A DNA stretch of 63,614 nucleotides, the filler included, from Hyphochytrium catenoides (Eukaryota; Protista; Hyphochytriomycota): NCBI GenBank assembly GCA_900088475.1. It is 13 parts of 13 records of this genome, joined end to end, with 100 filler letters (N's around TTAATTAATTAA, not from the genome) between each part and the next. Parts side by side here need not be neighbours in the genome. Positions count along the whole stretch, not along the records: positions 44,466 to 52,653 come from FLMG01003785.1; positions 52,754 to 55,141 come from FLMG01002956.1; positions 55,242 to 56,859 come from FLMG01001591.1; positions 56,960 to 59,773 come from FLMG01000736.1; positions 59,874 to 62,087 come from FLMG01004413.1; 8 more parts are not named here. The stretch is one strand, 5' to 3'. The position numbers and the translations under genes are program-made. Below the pieces are notes generated by a model. The model saw only the letters and a program-made list of their open reading frames with translations. It searched no databases and was not told the DNA's origin. Shown here one piece after another: positions 49,987-61,710 of the stretch; within the stretch, counting starts at the first letter, position 1, and each line of letters opens with the position of its first letter.

Positions 49987-50440
49987 ATTCTCACACCTCT
50001 TGCCCTCGTGGCAACCTGAGATGTGCATCTTGAACCAGACTTTCTGCACTTACAATGGTGACCTCTACACCCAGCAGACCGACAACCGCAGCGTCCGTGC
50101 CGTCTAGTGAAAGTTGTCAGTTTGGTAGCCACTTCATATGGGTCACCTTAGGTAGCAATGACAGGTTCGTACCGGGGAGTATGGGGTCGAACAGGACTGA
50201 GGCCCGCTAAGCTCGTGAAGATCAGAGCTTGGATATGAGGGCCCAAACTCGCATTGCAGTGTGTAGGAGTCTCCTGTTCTCTCCATCACACGGCAGGGGA
50301 TCGCTTTAGCGTCAAATTTGCCAGGGCGGTCCACCTTAGTCTTCTTTAGTCAGGACTGAGGCCCGCTAAGCCCGTGAAGATCAGAGCTTTGGATACTGAG
50401 GCCCGCTAAGGTCGTGAAGATCAGAGCTTGGATATCGGGG
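49987..50440 (-). mobile_element. Degenerate C-terminus of an integrase-type (Ginger2/KRBA2-like) transposase with a CXC-type Cys-rich tail
   Basis: VDRPGKFDAKAIPCRVME..DSYTLQCEFG..YPSSDL is followed, across frameshifts, by CGCRSAGCRGHHCKCRKSGSRCTS/GCHEGKRCEN. A ~44-bp segment occurs three times (about 50191, 50352, 50395). Confidence 0.55.
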
Positions 50441-51675
50441 ACCAAAGCGCCAACTTCATAAACGGCGCCGCCTAGGGTTAGGAGACGGATCTAGGTAGCT
50501 TCAGTTCAAAGGAGCTCTTTACGGAGCTCACAGAGCTGGAGTCCAGAATGAGCGATAGGCAGAAAGAAGAAGAAGGATGGCAGATGTTTTCCCTAACAAC
50601 TCTCTACCGATTTCTTGACAAGGAGCCCATACGTTCCTCGAAAAGGCAGGAAACTAGTCGCACTCTGGCTGGAAACTGTCATTCGGGAATATGATCTGCA
50701 GAAGGTAGTATCTAGTGATGAGGATGATGATCAAGCTCAAGACTCAGATGATGACCCTGCTGAGGAAAGAGAGGTGGAAAGGACAGCTCAGTGGATGGCG
50801 CTCCTTCTTCGAAGGAGACGGAAGCAATCCTGGCTAAGAGAAGGAGGTGGGGCGAAAGGAAAGAGGAGGAGAAGATGAAACACTATTTTAAGCAGCAGCT
50901 GATGGTTTCCCCAGCAATGGTCGACCGTCCGTCGTCAGTAGGAAGGATGGCAAGCTATTTGCTCCTTGATAACCACAAGATCTCAATAAAGCAGACTTCT
51001 ACTTATCAGAAAGCTTTTCCCGCCTCTCGTTGTGATGGACAACATTATTGAAGACACACATCCTGCCGAAATCCTTCATGGCATGCTGCTAGGTACTTCT
51101 TTTGATGAAGACCTCATCAGCCTGATAGTCTTTCCATTTTTCCTGCTGGTGCTCCCTCCTCTGCGATCTTCAACGGTACTACTTTCTATTCATGCTCTCG
51201 CTGCTCCATCAGCACCCACAACTAGCGCTACTTACTGTCTAGAAGTAGCATCACTGCATCAGCGACGGCGGAGAAAGACCGCCAACCCACTCTATGACGC
51301 TACGAAGAAGGAGAATAAAAGCTAGAATGATTGGCAGCAGCAAAGCATTTTTCAATTTTGAGATCATCGAATCGCAGCGTTTCCAAGACGTCCAGAAACT
51401 GAACTCCGCTTTTCACCGATCGCAGAGATTCGTCGTAGAGAATGTATATTGTCGTACAGTATGTGGAAATCTCTGTAAAGAGCAGAGATTTCAGTGTTCT
51501 ACCATGTGAAATGCTCTACCCACGTGTTTTTGTGGAGAACATTTGTATAGAAATATAGGACACAAACAGACTGAAGAAGGACTGCTGAAGACAAAGAAGA
51601 CAGTCTTGGATCTTGGGATCTTGGGTCTTGGAAAACTGATGGCTGATGATAATCACCGGCGTAAAAATCAAATCA

Positions 51676-51917
51676 ATCCAAGCTAGACGACTGATAACCG
51701 GTGTTGCTTGTAATTCTTTGGTTTTTTAGCCTTGGTTAACTAGGGTGTGGAGCATTCCAGGATTCCAAGCTAGACGACTGATAACCAGTGTTGCTTGTAT
51801 TTCTTTGGTTTTTTGACCTTGGTAACTAGGGTGTGGAGCAATCCAAGCTAGACAACTGATAACCAGTGTTGCTTGTATTTCTTTGATTTTTTAACCTTGG
51901 TAACTAGGGTGTGGAGC
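51676..51917. repeat. Three tandem copies of a ~78-bp unit
   Basis: The unit CCAAGCTAGACGACTGATAACCAGTGTTGCTTGTATTTCTTTGGTTTTTT..CCTTGGTAACTAGGGTGTGGAGCA has no unique spacers. Confidence 0.92.
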
Positions 51918-52591
51918 TGGACCTGAGACAGGAGCATATTATTACTATTCCTACTTGTAAGGAGTAGAAACTATTAGCAACATGAGGCCTCGTATTACTG
52001 CTTCTCAAGGGTCAGAAACAGAGAAACCTAAGATTTTTTTGTTCATCTTGTAGCAGAAGGTCTCAGAAACACGGAATATCTTCAGGCGACTGACAGGTTG
52101 AGGGAAGGGTGGAGTGATCGCGGGAGTCCAAAACTTGAGAGCGGTCTTCTCTAACCTTTAGGGGGAATACGATCAGTTTGGCTTGAACAACAAGAAAGGA
52201 AGCAGAGGGGAAACAATCAGGACTTGGATGGATTGGAGTCAAAAAAACGAATGGGAAGATGGCTATTACGGTAGATACCGCGGGTGTTTTATCGAAGTGC
52301 CAGAGTTCAATATCCAACCTCAATATTACGAATACTATTCCATCTAATGCCCTTTATCATGACGTGTAGGCAATAAACTGTATAGATTTAAAATATGACT
52401 ACCAACTACTAGGATAAAGTTAGTGACGAGTATTGACTGAAAGTTCATATTACACCGACTACGAGAGTGGTATATAACGCACAAGGTGATAGTTACCATG
52501 GAGGTGGAAGAAGAGTCAGAAGTCAAGGAAGAAGTGCATGTTTTCCTAGATGATTGATGGCTCGTCATCTCTCTCTCTCTCACTCTCTCTG

Positions 52592-52629
<38 letters not shown>

Positions 52630-52753
52630 CCTCTTTCTCTCTCTCTCTCTCTTNNNNNNNNNNNNNNNNNNNNNNNNNNNNNNNNNNNNNNNNNNNNTTA
52701 ATTAATTAANNNNNNNNNNNNNNNNNNNNNNNNNNNNNNNNNNNNNNNNNNNN

Positions 52754-52786
<33 letters not shown>

Positions 52787-52860
52787 CATCCTCTGTCTGT
52801 CTCGCTTTCTTCCATTATCATTAATAAGACTTGTCCCTTGGGTTCTCCCGCTTTCCTTAG

Positions 52861-52968
52861 GCAAATACGGAGGGCTTGCATCTCGAAAAGGTCGGGGTGG
52901 CAACTGACGCACATGGCCTTATCGCTGTTAACAGCAACTATCAGACTGAAAAGACTCATATGTAAGCG

Positions 52969-53015
<47 letters not shown>

Positions 53016-54837
53016 GTCGTCCCTTCTCTCCCTCTCTCCCTCCCTGGGTTGAAATGTTTGGTTTGTCACTTTCTTTCAAACTCTCTACCCAAGAGGACAA
53101 CAGAGCTGTGGAAGAGAAAGAAGAGACTGAGCACATTGAAATGAGAGAGACTGGGGAATGGTGTGTTGTGGGACTTTACCTTGAGAATGTATGCAAAAGC
53201 TTGATACGCAAGCGCCAGAGCTTTGGTTGCGATAGAAAACAATTTATCTAGAAGAGATGAGGGATCAGCTGCGGATAAGAAAGTACCCCAGTCCTGACTC
53301 GTGTCTTCCTCTCTCCGCAGTTATGCGGGCGGCGATTGTATCGGCTTCCCAGCTCTGGCTTCTACTTCTAACGAGCAGGGTCGCTTAGCTTCTATCCACA
53401 TGTGGGAGGGCATAGAACCGGTGAGAGAAGGCGATAGCCCGATAACAGATGGGAGAAAGACAGAGAGACAGATCAATTACCAAAGGATAGACATAGAGTC
53501 ATTAACAACGAGAGGTAAAAGAGAGAGAAGGGGAGAATGAGCGAGAGAAACAATTCAAAGAGTGACCTTTTGCCGGCGTTTACCCTCTCTTCCATTCCGC
53601 AGCGAGCGGTCCGCGACAGTCAGTTGGTCCTAAATAACTTTCCGTACGGCGTGTACACGGTGCCTGAGATGTCGATGGTGGGGAGGACAGAGGAAGAACT
53701 CACCAAGATGAACATCCGATACGAGGTAGGCCGACTAATCCTTTCGCAGTGTTTCCTCTCTCTCTCTCCAGGAGCTCATTTCTCTGATAATGGGGACTGA
53801 TAACCTCTACGATGTTTCTTCAATCTTCTCGGGAGAAACTGTCCCTTCCATTCCGTGTCCTCTGTCTGCTGTTTTCCTATTCTTTTCTACCTCATCCTCA
53901 CGCTTTACCTCTCTTTGTCATGCTCTCTCTCTTCACGGTTCCTATTGTCACTCATTATGTGTGTGTGTGTCTCTCTCTCTGGTGCAGGTGGGCACTGCAA
54001 ACTTCAATGAGCTAGCGAAGGCACAGATGCTTGGGGGGAACGCGGGGTTGCTTAAGCTCATCTTTGACCCCAAGACATTAGAGGTACGACCCAATTATCA
54101 CTAAGATGAGAAAGAGACAGCATAGCTCGCAACCATTGCTCGACCTTGTGGTGACGGGGTAAAGAGATAAAGGAAGACGGCCTACGCTTTCACTATCTCT
54201 CTCTCTCTCTCTCTTTGTCTCTCTCTTTCTCTCTCCATATCCTTTTCCCAATTCGGGTTGCAGTCCGCTCTCTCACTCACTCTCTCTATACGATCCACAT
54301 CCTCTCTCCACAGCCAGTCTCTATTTTGTTCCCCTCGGGTTTTCGTCAATCTTTCTCTGGCTAATATTCCCGTCAATTAGCTCTACGGCGTTCATGTTGT
54401 CGGAGAGGGTGCGACCGAGATTGTTCACATTGGCCAGGCGGCCATTGCAATGAAGACAACCATAGAATTCTTCAGAGATGCAGTCTTCAACTATCCCACA
54501 CTGGCAGAGGTCTCTCTCTCTCTCTCTCGCCCTCATCTCTTGTGACCGCAATTCCCTACTGCTCTGTTACGTCCCTCTTCTTTCTTTAGCGGCCTTACTA
54601 AATCGTCTCCGTCGCCTTGGCTTGCTCAGCGCTCGACACCTGTTTGGTTTTCTCTTTTAGCTGGACCGTGACGCCCGCCAATTTATGAACTTAATCCCTT
54701 CTTCCCTCTCTCTCGCGCGCGGTATGTTGTCTTTTCCTATATCTTCGCCCTCACCCATTTTATTTTGTCTCTCTTCTGATGCTCAGGCATACCGCGTAGC
54801 TGCCTTGGATGGGCTAGGCAAAGTGAGGAGGTCCTAA
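52861..54837 (+). CDS. sthA: Soluble pyridine nucleotide transhydrogenase (SthA/UdhA family), last six exons
   Basis: Exons 52861-52961, 53321-53420, 53603-53725, 53988-54083, 54381-54509 and 54787-54837 give ANTEGLHLEKVGVATDAHGLIAVNSNYQTEKTHI|YAGGDCIGFPALASTSNEQGRLA...|FPYGVYTVPEMSMVGRTEEELT..YE|VGTANFNELAKAQMLG..LLKLIFD|LYGVHVVGEGATEIVHIGQA...DAVFNYPTLAE|AYRVAALDGL..*. FNYPT.AEAYRVAAL.GL is the STH C-terminus; lipoamide dehydrogenase and glutathione reductase have HPT..E there. Confidence 0.9.
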
Positions 54838-55356
54838 GAAGAAGAAAGAGACACCCTTCATCACAAGATAGACATCCAACTTCTTCTGTGTGTCTCTCTC
54901 TTTGTTCCACGAAGTCCAAGTCATTCTTCTCGACAACGCTCCCTCGTTTCCAATACATTTACTCGATGTCCGGGGCACAAGGTTTCCATTGTTTGCGCCC
55001 ATATTTGACGTATATTTATAAGGCTCACCCCGCGCCTATAATCATGAGCACGCCAATAGCCCGTCACACTTTGTTCCTACATCCTGCTCTTCGCCATATC
55101 GCCAGTCTCATGCCCTAGCTCCCCTGGCCTCCGCTAATCTANNNNNNNNNNNNNNNNNNNNNNNNNNNNNNNNNNNNNNNNNNNNTTAATTAATTAANNN
55201 NNNNNNNNNNNNNNNNNNNNNNNNNNNNNNNNNNNNNNNNNGTAATGCCAAGAGTAAAGATATGGAATCAAAGCGAATGGCAGCGGCCGAAGGCTCTAAG
55301 TAGACGAAGGTAGCTTGTCAGCATCTCCACTCAGACAGAGGTGGCGCCAGACTTAC

Positions 55357-56859
<1,503 letters not shown>

Positions 56860-58833
56860 NNNNNNNNNNNNNNNNNNNNNNNNNNNNNNNNNNNNNNNNN
56901 NNNTTAATTAATTAANNNNNNNNNNNNNNNNNNNNNNNNNNNNNNNNNNNNNNNNNNNNCTTGATGAAGTCTATCTTGCGCATTCTTCGCATGCTCCCCT
57001 TCGCGTTCGAACGCACGAGTCTCTGAACTCTTCTTTCCATCGTAAGAATGGCAGGGGGCACTTCGGAATGGCCCCTGTTGGATTTCAAAGAGCGATTCTG
57101 GGAGGTATCCATTATATATTCAGGAGGACTATACTCTAGATGACATCTTCTACCCAATGCTCACTCTTTCTCAAGCTTCAGTTATCCAGCTGGAGGGCAT
57201 AACACCAGGAGAAGTCTTTGTTGACGTTCACTGATATGTGGGACATGTTCGAGGTCTTTAACACGCCTGGAAAGGCGTTGACAGCGGGCAAACAAATTCG
57301 CGTCCATGGATTGCTGTCTCCACTTTGGAAGGGAAGAAGAGTGAGGAGGGTCCGGCTTGATGGTCCGCTGGGGAGCGACGCTGGATGCTCCCTCCTCAAG
57401 TACACGACTAGCTGCTTCTACTGTTATAAACAAAGCGGCCCACTCACCATCACAAGGAACCTTCCTCCATGAGGGCACCTTCCTCAATCACGTGCACTTT
57501 GCTGGTACTGCTGCCTTCCTTGTTGCTCTCGTGTCACAATACCAGTTTCAAATGGAAGGTTATCTGCCAGACATGGCTGTCCAGGGTGGGCCAATGTTAG
57601 GCTTACTGTCGGGATCAAGGAATACACTGACCAGACATGCCTCTTACATATGGATTGCTCTTAAACCTTCCTGACGTGCAGGTCCTGGTGCATTCTCCAT
57701 GAGCCATTGATCCATCATGCTGGCGGACATCCCGATAGAGGCGAGAAAGGCCCAGACGTCCTCCTTTCCCGCGTCTGGGCGCATCAAGAGCCACTTTTGC
57801 CACCATTTGACCTCATGTCGTAGCTGTGTGCCAAAGGAAGCTCCAGAATTCTCTTTCCCCCGATTGTAGGTTTCTCTCGTTTTCTCACTCTTCTCTTTAA
57901 TCCATACATATCTATATGTATATCTGTCAATGTATCCATTTATCTTTGTATCCTTTTCTCTCCCTTTCGCGATAACATCTCTCATGAGGACTACCTTACT
58001 GCCGTTAGGCGTGCACACCCGACAAGATTTTCAATCCTGAAGCCATTAGTAAGCCATCAGTTGTTAGTCCATGGATATCGCTCAGGGCGAGGGAAGCCAA
58101 AGGAGAGCCAGTGGGAGTATCCAAAGCCTCAGGAGGAGTTGAAGGACATGGGTGAGCAGGACTTTGATGCGATGTAGATAGATGAGAGAACCGAAGACGG
58201 GTGTACTGGGCCCACCGGTAGAGAGGGGCCAGAAGCTGATAATTGGCCGAGGAGCTGAAAGCAGGAAGATCTAGGGAGACCTGGGCAAGAATGAGGGATG
58301 ATTTATCTTCAGTATCTGAGTAGAATAGTTAGCTCCAGAGCGTTGGCCACTGAGTTCTAGCGACCCATTTCAAGTCTTTCACAGGACCTTCAGTTCACCT
58401 GCAAGAGGAGCTAACCTCGGTACAGCTGGACACAGCGTGTTGCAGATGCAGCGTCTCGAGAACCCCACCACCCTGGCCTTGCACTGGTTGGCTGAGAGCT
58501 GGCTCGTGAGTTGCTTGGCATCAGCGGCCTGCGTGCCTATCCAGTCGCTCCACCTCACACACCATTGGTGGCGGATGCATCACTTCAACCAGGGGCCTGA
58601 CGTGGAAGGGCACTGCATGTAGCTACAAGGACAATTTTGTTCCGCTGGCATCGCCGGTAACAAGGTAACCATAGCCGAACTTCGTAGTGAAGCTGACCAA
58701 TGACACAGACTGCTGCTCCCACAGCATTTGAAGGGGTTCCTGGCGAGTGCAACTCCTGGCGGTTGGCGACTTCATTAGGCGGGCCTCCCTAAGCTTTGCA
58801 AGAGTCCAGCTTTTCCCTTTAAGCTTCGACGAC

Positions 58834-59772
58834 TTAGCCACGAGATGCCATCCACTGCCAACCCGTGGAGTCCAGCGCTGCTGCAGCCTCCATAACCTCG
58901 GCAGTGAAGTGACCAGGATAATTCAAATGAAGCCAATCGAGCACTTCCCATTTACGCCGACATAACGCCGCCTCTGCCGTGGTAGCGCTGAAGGCCTCAG
59001 AAAGGCCCGACTTATGGATCCGCTTCAATGTTTCCAGGTCCCCGCGGGAGGCAGCTCTCACAGTGTTTGCAGTTGTGACGCACTCTGGTGCCTTCTCAAT
59101 CAGCCAATTGTACAGATGGTTTGACTCTGGAATCTCAGTGGCGTGAACAATGAGGCTATGGTTTCCATCAAAGGCCTCTGCTCGCTGGCTCTTCAGTAGT
59201 TCCTCCAAGACTCCTAGATGTTGATGCCGACCAGCCCAGGCAGCTAATTCTTTCGGACAGAGATCTTTCCTTGCATTATGCAAATGCAGAATCATCTCGC
59301 CGTCGTTGCACTGGATATAGTGCTGCACGACCTCTCTGGGGAGCAGGTCCGGTCGATGAGTAGCGGTAAATTTGATAAACTCAGTTTCTCGTCGTCGTGC
59401 AGCTTTCAAGAGCTGCTCTTTCAGGGTTATTGATGGCTGGCCTTGAACTGGCGGAAGGAGATTGTAGAGATAGAGAGGTACTTCAAAGTTGTGTCCATAT
59501 GTCAGGGCCATCTCTAGTGTCTCGTATGTAAGAAGATGAGGCAGATGGTCCCCAACGGCCTGCAATATGGCAAGCCGCCCATTGGAGGCAGCTTCTGCAA
59601 CCGCTGCCAAAAGAGAGTCTGGTCTTGGAACACTTTTCTCCTTGAGAGTCTTCACGCATAGAACCTTCCCAAGAGTCCGAATAAGCCCTATTTGTTGACG
59701 GCGAATTGCATTTTCAAGCATCTTGGGGGTAAAGAAGTCCGGCCAGTACGGACCTACACAGTCAATAACCCT
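58834..59772 (-). CDS. Degenerate ankyrin-like repeat protein (5' truncated; frame open to the contig edge)
   Basis: Repeated helical motifs include AASNGRLAILQAV, AGRHQHLGVLEEL, AASRGDLETLKRIH and AALCRRKWEVLDWLH..FTAEVMEAAA. Confidence 0.7.
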   Translation of the reverse strand, partial: RVIDCVGPYWPDFFTPKMLENAIRRQQIGLIRTLGKVLCVKTLKEKSVPRPDSLLAAVAEAASNGRLAILQAVGDHLPHLLTYETLEMALTYGHNFEVPLYLYNLLPPVQGQPSITLKEQLLKAARRRETEFIKFTATHRPDLLPREVVQHYIQCNDGEMILHLHNARKDLCPKELAAWAGRHQHLGVLEELLKSQRAEAFDGNHSLIVHATEIPESNHLYNWLIEKAPECVTTANTVRAASRGDLETLKRIHKSGLSEAFSATTAEAALCRRKWEVLDWLHLNYPGHFTAEVMEAAAALDSTGWQWMASRG

Positions 59773-59873
59773 TNNNNNNNNNNNNNNNNNNNNNNNNNNN
59801 NNNNNNNNNNNNNNNNNTTAATTAATTAANNNNNNNNNNNNNNNNNNNNNNNNNNNNNNNNNNNNNNNNNNNN

Positions 59874-60223
59874 GGTAAGAGTAGTCACAATGTTGTTTGC
59901 GCTTCTGCTCTCAAAAGTTCTTCCAATTTGAGCCAAGCTTCTCTCGCAGTTCCTCTACGAGGTAGAAGCGGGATAATGTTGTCAGCCACTGCCAAAACAA
60001 TCTTGTTGAACGCCCTTTTGTCATTCTTTAGCCAAGAAGACTGCATCGTAGCCTTAGACGTAGACATGGACTTGTTCTTTGAGGAGATATCAGGGGATCG
60101 TTGGCTCCCGTCAACATGATGAAGGAGGTTCAGTTCATCGAGATAAGCCTCCATCTTCAATCGCCAAACAGGGTAGTCCTCCATCCCTTGTAGCTTTGAT
60201 CTCGTAACCAGGTAAGAGCTCAT
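59874..60223 (-). mobile_element. gag: Ty1/copia gag N-terminus with a frameshift near 59913
   Basis: KLQGMEDYPVWRLKMEAYLDELNLLHHVDG...WLKNDKRAFNKIVLAVADNII...TAREAWLKLEEL matches the copia gag pattern. One extra T in the CTTTT run restores LFESRSANNIVTTLT. Confidence 0.88.
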
Positions 60224-60805
60224 TATGTTGATGATTCTGGGGGCTTGATATAGGTCTTGATGATGAGAATGGAAAGAGAAATGGACAATAGTAGACTTTG
60301 TGTCCGTAGGATTTGATGTTCTGCTTGCCCTGATAAATGGGACGATACCTCCAAAACGAGGCGGTTTCAGAAGAAAATGATGGCACCAATGAACTCAGCG
60401 ATGCCGATTTACCCCCTGCCACTCTTTGAAAGCTCCGAAAAGAGTTAATTGGGTCGAAATCGTTCTTGAAACTTTCCCTTTAGATGATGCTCATATGGTT
60501 GAAATTATCGGTCGAGGGGTTGAAATTTATACCGAAATTTTGGATGAAACTTTTCATTGGTTTAAATGTTTCCTTGAAGCTTTCGCTGAAATATTTCCGA
60601 AAGTTTCAATGGAACAGGATTGCCGTTAGCAGCTATATGACTGTACCGGTAGCCGGTACTGGCTAGTTGTTTTGGAAGCCGGCGGGACCGGGTAGACGTT
60701 AATGCCCAGTGAAGCTCGTTGGCTGCTCCAGGGGGCCGACTTGATCTTGGTCTTGATCGTGGTTGGCTCAGAGGCCTCAGAACAGGTTTCCGAGTCCTGG
60801 GGGAC

Positions 60806-60823
60806 GCGTGGGCCCATAACCTG
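60806..60823 (-). promoter_or_regulatory. LTR 3' end (..CA) plus primer-binding site GGTTATGGGCCCACGC (initiator-tRNA half-molecule type), copy B
   Basis: The minus strand reads ATCCCATACAAATCCAACA-GGTTATGGGCCCACGC, complementary to the tRNAiMet anticodon arm, about 600 bp upstream of gag. Confidence 0.85.
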
Positions 60824-61688
60824 TTGGATTTGTATGGGATGATTGGACAATGTCATTAGATGAGAGTGCTCTACTTATACGCCCAACTGGGGTCCCATAA
60901 CCTAGAGCTATTCTGACTATGCCAACTATTCCAATAAACCCTAAGATATTCAGTCATAGAGAAATCCCTGTCTAGAACAGTCAGTCCTGAAGGTATTCCG
61001 GGATACTGACCATAAGCCATAGATATAAACAGGGGCATTTCGTTTGCTTCATATCTCGGCTTCTACGGGGAGTTTGGAGCTGAAACTTGGGTAGTTAAGC
61101 TTGCCAGCTTGTGGTCCACATAGCTGTGCCCTCAGACTCTAACACTTGAAGCTTGTTGATGGATAGAGAGCCTGAGGGCTGAGAGTCAATTTTTCTCCAA
61201 AAGTAGAGGGGATACGCGAGTTTTGACTGCAGAATCGTAATTCTCCGTAAATATCTGGGTATTCCGGTAGTTGTTGATAAAATTGTTGACAAAATCTCAC
61301 AAATGGTGCTCCAAATGGTGTCAAATAAGGTATATTTTCACACCTCACACTGGTATAATTGACACGATTTGTGAATTAAGAGCTTCGGCTGTCAATTCAC
61401 AAAAGTGTCAAATATGTTCAATTACTGTCAAACATCCTGTCAAATATCGGGGATCATTGACCAAAAAATGGCGATAATTGACACGAAGCTGACAAATACA
61501 CCGTTGAGTGTGAATTCACAACTGGGGATGATAACGGCAATGGTCTTCAGGTTCCGATCCTGAAGGAGAGTTGGATACTCCACGGGTGGTCTTGGTCTTG
61601 ATCCTGGGGGAGAGTTGGTTACTCCAGGGAGTAATTCTTGTTCTTGGTCTTGGTTTGGTTGGTCCAGAGAGCTCGCTGAAGTCCTGGA

Positions 61689-61710
61689 GGAAGCGTGGGC
61701 CCATAACCTG
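61689..61710 (-). promoter_or_regulatory. LTR 3' end plus primer-binding site GGTTATGGGCCCACGCTTCC, copy A
   Basis: The minus strand reads ATCCCATACATTATAACA-GGTTATGGGCCCACGCTTCC, with flanks homologous to copy B. Confidence 0.85.

Noticed and set aside
50548-50940. Harbinger-like transposase N-terminus (acidic tract, HYFKQQLMVSPAMVDR)
   Set aside because: The resemblance is limited to a few residues, frames are broken and no DDE core is visible.
51676-51917. Possible CRISPR array
   Set aside because: Units are ~78 bp, contiguous and without unique spacers; there are no cas genes and the context is eukaryotic.
61689-61710. tRNA-Met gene (GGAAGCGTGGGCCCATAACC)
   Set aside because: Only the anticodon-arm segment matches, with no acceptor stem or T-arm; it is explained as a retroelement PBS.
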